The notes under the pieces: generated by a model | What the model was told of the DNA's origin: nothing | The model's database searches: none | Seen by the model: the letters and a program-made list of their open reading frames with translations, nothing else | In this document: one piece after another, positions 58,462-64,000 of the stretch | Layout: every line of letters begins with the position of its first letter | How positions within the stretch are numbered: position 1 is the first letter of the stretch | Program-made: the position numbers and the translations under genes | Virus record (IMG/VR): IMGVR_UViG_3300038424_000251 | Coordinates: 62,001-126,000 of that record | Reading direction: 5' to 3' (one strand) | DNA length: 64,000 nt

Positions 58462-59082
58462 TTAATTCAATATTCTTAAATTTAATGGGGGGAAGAGTAA
58501 AGAATTTGTTAATCCGGGAATAGAAATTACCGTCAAATTTAAACGTGTCCCCCTCCAAGGAGGGTCAATAATGAAGTAAGAGCTATTAGTGGTAAGAGTT
58601 GACATTCGTAAATTAAGAAAGTTATGGCCAGCATTAATTGCGGATTGCACTGCAGAAGTCAAATCTAAAGTGTGAATACCATAATCATCCCCAAAACTTT
58701 GATAAAATATTCCTTCATTCCAATCATTTGTCTGAATCGTTGATTCATCATAAAAAGTAAATATATCTATAATTGATTTTTCACCATTTTGCTGATTTTG
58801 AATAAAAAATGTTAATGTCGCGTTTGAAACAGATGTAGCTGAAATACTACTCAGGTCAAAATCAATAATTGTCCTATCTTCCATCGGATAAGACGATGAG
58901 TTAATAACACCACCATACCCCCAACCACAAGCAAAAGGTGCTATTCCATATATAGTCCTAAGATTATCTTCTTGTATAGGAGTAAGAATCACTGTTTGTC
59001 CTCCTATTATTAAACAATACAAAAAAGATATAACAAATAAAATTAAATATTTATATCTTTTCGTGTATATCGTCTGCTTCAT
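58462..59082 (-). CDS. secreted beta-sandwich protein (DNRLRE/CBM96-like)
   Basis: Hydrophobic N-terminus; RTIIDFDLSSI….VSNATLTF, LDLTSAVQ; C-terminal PPLNLRI. Confidence 0.55.
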   Translation of the reverse strand: MKQTIYTKRYKYLILFVISFLYCLIIGGQTVILTPIQEDNLRTIYGIAPFACGWGYGGVINSSSYPMEDRTIIDFDLSSISATSVSNATLTFFIQNQQNGEKSIIDIFTFYDESTIQTNDWNEGIFYQSFGDDYGIHTLDLTSAVQSAINAGHNFLNLRMSTLTTNSSYFIIDPPWRGTRLNLTVISIPGLTNSLLFPPLNLRILN

Positions 59083-59878
59083 GTATTGTAAGTTGTTTAT
59101 TTTCATAAATAGCATAATATTTGGAGCCGGGATGAAAATCCAAACATAAATTGTAAGAATTTTTATCCGTTAATATTGGATTAGACACTTCTTCTAAAGA
59201 AAGAGTCTTGAAGCTACTTTCATTTTCATCAACAATATGCCAAGTAAGTTTAAAATCAGGAGTATGACCTACTATTTGATGAATACCACGAATAGGATGA
59301 AATTCATTATTCCAATCGCACCATGTGATACCACCATAATAAGGACAACTAGACCTAGAAAATCCCGGCATAGCAAACCAATGCATACTGTTTGCATAAA
59401 ATAATTTTTTCGCTTCAGCAGATTCACCGATTAATCTCCGATTGATAGCACGAAGAGAATATTCACTTATTACATTTGGCTTAAATTTTGATGATTCTAT
59501 CCAACTTGGATGAACACCTGCATGACTTAATAACCATCGGTTATCAAGAATATAGAAAAATTTTAACTTTTCCCAGTCCTGTTTAGTAACAAAATCATTA
59601 ATAGTTACAGATTTGAATTGTTCGTAACCAGAACAACGCATGTTCTTATTATCTTTGAACCAATAATGAAGGTCGTGATTTCCGCAAACATGAACACGGT
59701 CTTTTTGGTTCACAGAATGATGAAACCAATCGGCCACATCTGCAATGATATGCGGATTATCCCCGAAATCGTCAAAATAATCGCCAAGAAAAATCGTCTT
59801 ATCGGGCTTTACTGATTTGATGATTTTCTCTACTTTTTCCCAACGATTGTGGACATCTGGTAATATTAGATACTTCAT
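59051..59878 (-). CDS. calcineurin-like metallophosphoesterase
   Basis: DVH, LGDYFD, GNHD, SHAG, QIVGHT. Confidence 0.9.
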   Translation of the reverse strand: MKYLILPDVHNRWEKVEKIIKSVKPDKTIFLGDYFDDFGDNPHIIADVADWFHHSVNQKDRVHVCGNHDLHYWFKDNKNMRCSGYEQFKSVTINDFVTKQDWEKLKFFYILDNRWLLSHAGVHPSWIESSKFKPNVISEYSLRAINRRLIGESAEAKKLFYANSMHWFAMPGFSRSSCPYYGGITWCDWNNEFHPIRGIHQIVGHTPDFKLTWHIVDENESSFKTLSLEEVSNPILTDKNSYNLCLDFHPGSKYYAIYENKQLTIHEADDIHEKI

Positions 59879-59884
59879 TCTATA

Positions 59885-59912
59885 ATGATAACACAGTAAT
59901 TATAAAAGTCAA
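59885..59912 (-). promoter_or_regulatory. sigma70-like promoter TTGACT-16-TATCAT, 6 nt before the phosphoesterase ATG
   Basis: Motif match on the minus strand. Confidence 0.6.
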
Positions 59913-60121
59913 GCGTCAACAAATTCAGCTATTAGTTTGTCCATTTCTTCGTATGTTTTTTCGTCTAAAATAAAATTATTTTCCTTTTTACAATAAAAAC
60001 ATCTTTGTATCTGATTAATATAAATAATTATTTTTCCATCTTCTATGGATTGTGAGATAAGAACATTTTCTGCGCCACAGTGTTCACAATATCTTTTAAC
60101 AGTTTTAATAATTTTAGTCAT
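59909..60121 (-). CDS. small zinc-ribbon protein
   Basis: CEHC…CFYC. Confidence 0.65.
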   Translation of the reverse strand: MTKIIKTVKRYCEHCGAENVLISQSIEDGKIIIYINQIQRCFYCKKENNFILDEKTYEEMDKLIAEFVDA

Positions 60122-60612
60122 TATGAGAGAGTAATGATTCTACTAGGTTCTTTTTTAACCCATCCTGCTCTTTCCATATCTTCTTCGGGCATTATTGAAA
60201 TGTCATCATCAGATTGCATAAACAAAATACAAACATGTTTTTCTTTTAATTTTTCTATTCTTGGTTCAAAAACCTGTTTAGTAATAATGCGCTGCATCAT
60301 CTGAATACGAAATGGGTCATCAATTTTTAATTTAACCAATACCACAGCATTTTGTGGAATATTGTCAAAATTCAATGTATTACCCCATTTGACTATATCC
60401 CCTAATAGGGGAGGGGGGTTTGGTGGGGATGGTACTGCTGGTAAATCGGATAGTGGATGCCAACATATTCCACCCACTTCTTTAACATAAATCCATTCTC
60501 CACTATCGTTGGAAACTTTTTCATTAAGTTCATCAATGAGTTTTAACGTTTTATCTGTAGGTTCATTTTCTGGTATTACTGCTGCTTCTATATCAATTAC
60601 TTCATTTTCCAT
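60121..60612 (-). CDS. hypothetical protein
   Basis: 163 aa ORF. Confidence 0.65.
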   Translation of the reverse strand: MENEVIDIEAAVIPENEPTDKTLKLIDELNEKVSNDSGEWIYVKEVGGICWHPLSDLPAVPSPPNPPPLLGDIVKWGNTLNFDNIPQNAVVLVKLKIDDPFRIQMMQRIITKQVFEPRIEKLKEKHVCILFMQSDDDISIMPEEDMERAGWVKKEPSRIITLS

Positions 60613-60630
60613 ATTTTTTACTTTTTGTTA

Positions 60631-62883
60631 CTACATAAAATCTGTTAAGTCTAATCGTTGTTTCCCATCCCACATATAACCAACTTTTTTCCAACCTGAA
60701 TGGTTGGGGTCTAAAGCATCTGCGCAAATTATATTATGATTTAAGATATCCCATATTTCTTTATCAGATTTTCCTAGTGATAACCGGTGTTTACATTCCT
60801 CAATATTTGTTTCATTTATATCAACTCCATATATTGTTTGAAGAGCATCTAAATGAGTTATTCCATTTAACATTTTTCTTTGAAGAACTTCAAGAAGAAA
60901 ATTTCCATTACCACATGAGATATCGCTATCTATTTTAGAATCTATTACATTCGACGTATCCATTATTTTTCTAACAAACGATATGGGTGTAAATACTTCC
61001 CCATTTTTCTTTATATTTTCTATAGTGTGATATTTGTGACCATTTTCATTACTTTCTTGATTATTACATAATCTTTTATCCATCGTGGAAAAATAATTGT
61101 CTATAAATTTTTCTTCTTCATTGGTTAATTGAAAATCTTTTGATATTCGTGGAAGATTTTTCCAAGTGTACATTGAAATCTGATAATTAGAATAAAGACA
61201 TATTTTTAACAAAAATTGAATGATTTTAGAATTTAAAATATCAATCAGTGTTTTGGCTTCATTTTCGTCTTTAACTACTATATAAGGAAAATGACTTGTA
61301 GTTCCTATATTTTCTGCGTAAAATGGTTCAATGGATAAACTATCGGAAACTATTACTTTTTTCTTATCAAAATCTTTAGATTTTTTCTGTAAAAATATTC
61401 TTTTCTTATTAGTAAATATGTGTTCAAATTTATATTTATTATCCTTTACATTTATGTGGTCTTTATAACCAAGGTTATCTCTTTTAAATTCTAATTTATC
61501 ATATTTTTCTAATCTGCTTAATAACGATTTAACACACTCATTATAAACATTAGGAAGAAATTTTATATTATTAGATATTAAACAATTGGCTATAGTCCCA
61601 TCTTCTGATTTTATAATCGTTGGTGTTTTTAATTTAGTCTTTTGACAAATATACCAGTCAATTTTTGTACCTACAGAAGACCCATTAGGATATTTAAATT
61701 TTTTTCTATATTCTGAATTTAACTCTAGATAAATAAAATTATAATTTTTTAAATATAACTCTAAAATTTTATTTGGTTTTTCCCTCCAATTCATAGGATG
61801 AATCATGTATAAAACTCCATTATCTTCTAAATATTTATCTGCTTGAATAATAAATTCTTTCCACAATTCATTTCCTTTACCACCCGTATTGTCTTCTTTA
61901 AATTTTTGATAGGGTGGATTGCTGTAAATTCTTGTAGCTTTCAATTTTTTTCTCCATTTTGAAAAATCTTTAATAACTATCATTTTCCCATTACATATTT
62001 CATTATTAAATTTTTCAGCTAATTTCCGTTTTCTATAATTTTTGGAAATAAAACCTATAGTATTATTAGTAAAATCATATCCATATAAATAAAACCACTC
62101 TAAAAGCTCAAAAGTATCACTTATAATAAGTGTTTCATTTTGCGGTAATCCTCTATATTTTAAATCGGTTTCTATTATTTGTTTGCATAAGTCTGATGGT
62201 GTATGAACATTTTGAATAGATGTTTCTTTTCCATTATTGACTCCATTTACCATTTCATAACTACTAATATACAACTCTCTTTTAGAATGTAAAGAAAATT
62301 TATTAGTGTTTTTATCGTACTTTAAACTTTTTATATAGTCATCATCATTGTCACACTCAAAATATGGAGAATTACAATTTTCATTGTTCATCAAAAACAA
62401 ATTTTTGTTTATAGCTTCTTCTATAGTTTCTAACATTAAGTTACTATGAATATTTAAAATAATGATGTAATCTCTTATCTTTTTGTCTTTTAATAAATCA
62501 TTCATCAATAATTTGTCTTTATAAGCAGACGAAGATGAAATACTCCAATTATACGGACCGTTTAAATAATTTAATACTACAATTGATGGTAATAAAAAGC
62601 AATAAAACTTTGTTCCTCCGAAAAGCATTGTAGGTAATTTTTTATATTTATCTTGATACTCCTTTTTTAAATAATGAATTTGTTGAGCAATAATTTTGTG
62701 ATAATTTCTTTCAAGATATTTATATTCACACATTATCTCATTGTTTTTATATTCAAAATTATTATCTTTTTTGCCTTTAGCGTGAATACAAATTTTTAAT
62801 TTTTTTTCAAAAGCAATTGCATAGGCAAATTTAACTTCATCTTCATTAGAGGCAATTTTAAGTTTTTTATAAAAATTTAGCAT
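60631..62883 (-). CDS. fused restriction-modification-like protein (nuclease-like N-terminus, NPPY MTase region, TRD, C-terminal SAM-binding module)
   Basis: NEDEVK…D…CEYK…AQ..HY; SNPPYQ; GEVFTP, DISCGNGNFL, IYGVDI, NIICADAL. Confidence 0.75.
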   Translation of the reverse strand: MLNFYKKLKIASNEDEVKFAYAIAFEKKLKICIHAKGKKDNNFEYKNNEIMCEYKYLERNYHKIIAQQIHYLKKEYQDKYKKLPTMLFGGTKFYCFLLPSIVVLNYLNGPYNWSISSSSAYKDKLLMNDLLKDKKIRDYIIILNIHSNLMLETIEEAINKNLFLMNNENCNSPYFECDNDDDYIKSLKYDKNTNKFSLHSKRELYISSYEMVNGVNNGKETSIQNVHTPSDLCKQIIETDLKYRGLPQNETLIISDTFELLEWFYLYGYDFTNNTIGFISKNYRKRKLAEKFNNEICNGKMIVIKDFSKWRKKLKATRIYSNPPYQKFKEDNTGGKGNELWKEFIIQADKYLEDNGVLYMIHPMNWREKPNKILELYLKNYNFIYLELNSEYRKKFKYPNGSSVGTKIDWYICQKTKLKTPTIIKSEDGTIANCLISNNIKFLPNVYNECVKSLLSRLEKYDKLEFKRDNLGYKDHINVKDNKYKFEHIFTNKKRIFLQKKSKDFDKKKVIVSDSLSIEPFYAENIGTTSHFPYIVVKDENEAKTLIDILNSKIIQFLLKICLYSNYQISMYTWKNLPRISKDFQLTNEEEKFIDNYFSTMDKRLCNNQESNENGHKYHTIENIKKNGEVFTPISFVRKIMDTSNVIDSKIDSDISCGNGNFLLEVLQRKMLNGITHLDALQTIYGVDINETNIEECKHRLSLGKSDKEIWDILNHNIICADALDPNHSGWKKVGYMWDGKQRLDLTDFM

Positions 62884-62910
62884 TGCTTTTGATTTTTGTT
62901 TGACTTACTT

Positions 62911-63381
62911 TTACTTAATTATCACTTTGTCAACTTCATCTTTTGTTGGACGTTCGTATTTATTTAAAAATTTATCAATAATTTCTGGCCCAACATGGCG
63001 TTCACGTTTAGCATCTCTTCTCAAAAGTTCATCTCTTGGAACTTCAAATGTAACAGCTATAATGAATGCTCCGTGACTTTTTCCTAAGTTAATCCAATCT
63101 CTTCTAGCTTTTCTACTGACACTAGTAGCATCAATCATTACACTTTTATCTGCACTCAATGCTGATGAAACTCTTTGTCTGGCTATTCCGAAGGCTGCAG
63201 CTGAAACAGTCTGGTCATCTTCTCCTGAGCCAATCTCACTCCTTATTTTGTCGGTAGAAACATAAACAATACCATTATCTAAAGCAAATTTTTTCCCCCA
63301 AGTTGATTTACCACTTGCAGGTGGTCCAACAAGAATAATCAAAGCTTTTTCTTCATCATCAATGTCAATTAATTTATTCAC
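62911..63381 (-). CDS. AAA_33 / polynucleotide kinase-like P-loop kinase
   Basis: GPPASGKST, STDKIR, IDAT, R..KR. Confidence 0.85.
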   Translation of the reverse strand: MNKLIDIDDEEKALIILVGPPASGKSTWGKKFALDNGIVYVSTDKIRSEIGSGEDDQTVSAAAFGIARQRVSSALSADKSVMIDATSVSRKARRDWINLGKSHGAFIIAVTFEVPRDELLRRDAKRERHVGPEIIDKFLNKYERPTKDEVDKVIIK

Positions 63382-63736
63382 AAATTTCTTCTTTATCTCT
63401 GTAAGTGGATAAAATCATATTTATATTAGCTCTACCTACGGGGTTAAACGAATGAACTCTCCATTCTGGTAATGGCTTACCTAATTTCATACAATGTTCA
63501 ATCAACCATTTAGCACAATCATATCCCGTTTTTTCTTTATAGTTTTCATAATCGACAGGCTGATTATAATGTTCTTCATCTAAATCATGGTCAAATGATA
63601 TTAAGTCAGGCAAACCTTTTTCAATAATTGTTTCTATAAATTGTTCATAATTGCGAACTACATACCATTCACCTAATTCAGCGTTAAGAAATGAAACAGG
63701 TTCGCGGTTGTCATCAAGGAATAAATTATAGCTCAT
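63374..63736 (-). CDS. cyclic-phosphate processing receiver-domain protein
   Basis: LFLDDNR, VRNY, ISFDHDL, TGYDCAKWL, HSFNPVGR. Confidence 0.85.
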   Translation of the reverse strand: MSYNLFLDDNREPVSFLNAELGEWYVVRNYEQFIETIIEKGLPDLISFDHDLDEEHYNQPVDYENYKEKTGYDCAKWLIEHCMKLGKPLPEWRVHSFNPVGRANINMILSTYRDKEEICE

Positions 63737-63971
63737 TGCCTTCTATTATATCTATAAAGCCAGCATTTGTCAATTCTTTTAATGCTTCTTCATGCGTTCC
63801 ACCATATTCATAAAGCACCGTCAAAGGAACGTTAAGAAATGATCGTGGTATTAAATTATCAAAATCATAATCATCTTGACCCATGAATTCATACCAATAA
63901 ATGAGTTTTCCATTATAAAACTTTTTTCTAGAATGGAAAATTACCGTAATATCTGATGCTTTCTTGTCCAT
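63726..63971 (-). CDS. hypothetical protein
   Basis: 81 aa ORF with AAGGA SD. Confidence 0.6.
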   Translation of the reverse strand: MDKKASDITVIFHSRKKFYNGKLIYWYEFMGQDDYDFDNLIPRSFLNVPLTVLYEYGGTHEEALKELTNAGFIDIIEGNEL

Positions 63972-64000
63972 ATTATCCTTCTCATAATTAGGTGCGTCAT

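Noticed and set aside
345-60304. Short antisense or overlapping ORFs on the track (e.g. 345-626, 1878-2240, 26194-26385, 41535-41792, 54118-54546)
   Set aside because: Shadows of well-supported genes, with no motifs or start signals
1-64000. Stop-codon reassignment
   Set aside because: Conserved genes are full length in the standard code, and TAG and TGA both serve as normal stops
1-64000. tRNA, rRNA or large ncRNA genes
   Set aside because: Intergenic gaps are short, AT-rich and explained by promoters or terminators; no cloverleaf recognised by eye

Overview
This is an AT-rich, densely coding segment of a large (jumbo/huge-type) tailed dsDNA phage, read in the standard genetic code. It carries a T4-like replisome: family B polymerase, gp45-like sliding clamp, gp44- and gp62-like clamp-loader subunits, a Cas4/RecB-like nuclease and an SF2 helicase. 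An ~18 kb glycosylation island encodes about ten glycosyltransferase-like genes, RfbH, an epimerase, two methyltransferases, a radical SAM-GT fusion and a B12 radical SAM, with gmd further downstream. Other content includes nucleotide-pool enzymes, two restriction-modification loci, putative internal head proteins, secreted or membrane proteins of Verrucomicrobia-like style, and an RNA-repair-type module. The best candidate for a new system is a set of four GNAT-type DNA-modification-like enzymes (two DUF4338/DruA-like, two Mom-like). Three of them carry terminal [S/Q]FF peptides resembling the polymerase's clamp-binding tail, and the fourth carries a putative capsid-targeting leader. Other notable signals are near-absence of GATC and CCWGG, a histone-fold-like mini-protein, a stand-alone tail-sheath C-terminal-domain mini-gene, and two promoter classes that both predict leaderless mRNAs. 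All family assignments come from motif recognition by eye; no database searches were run.
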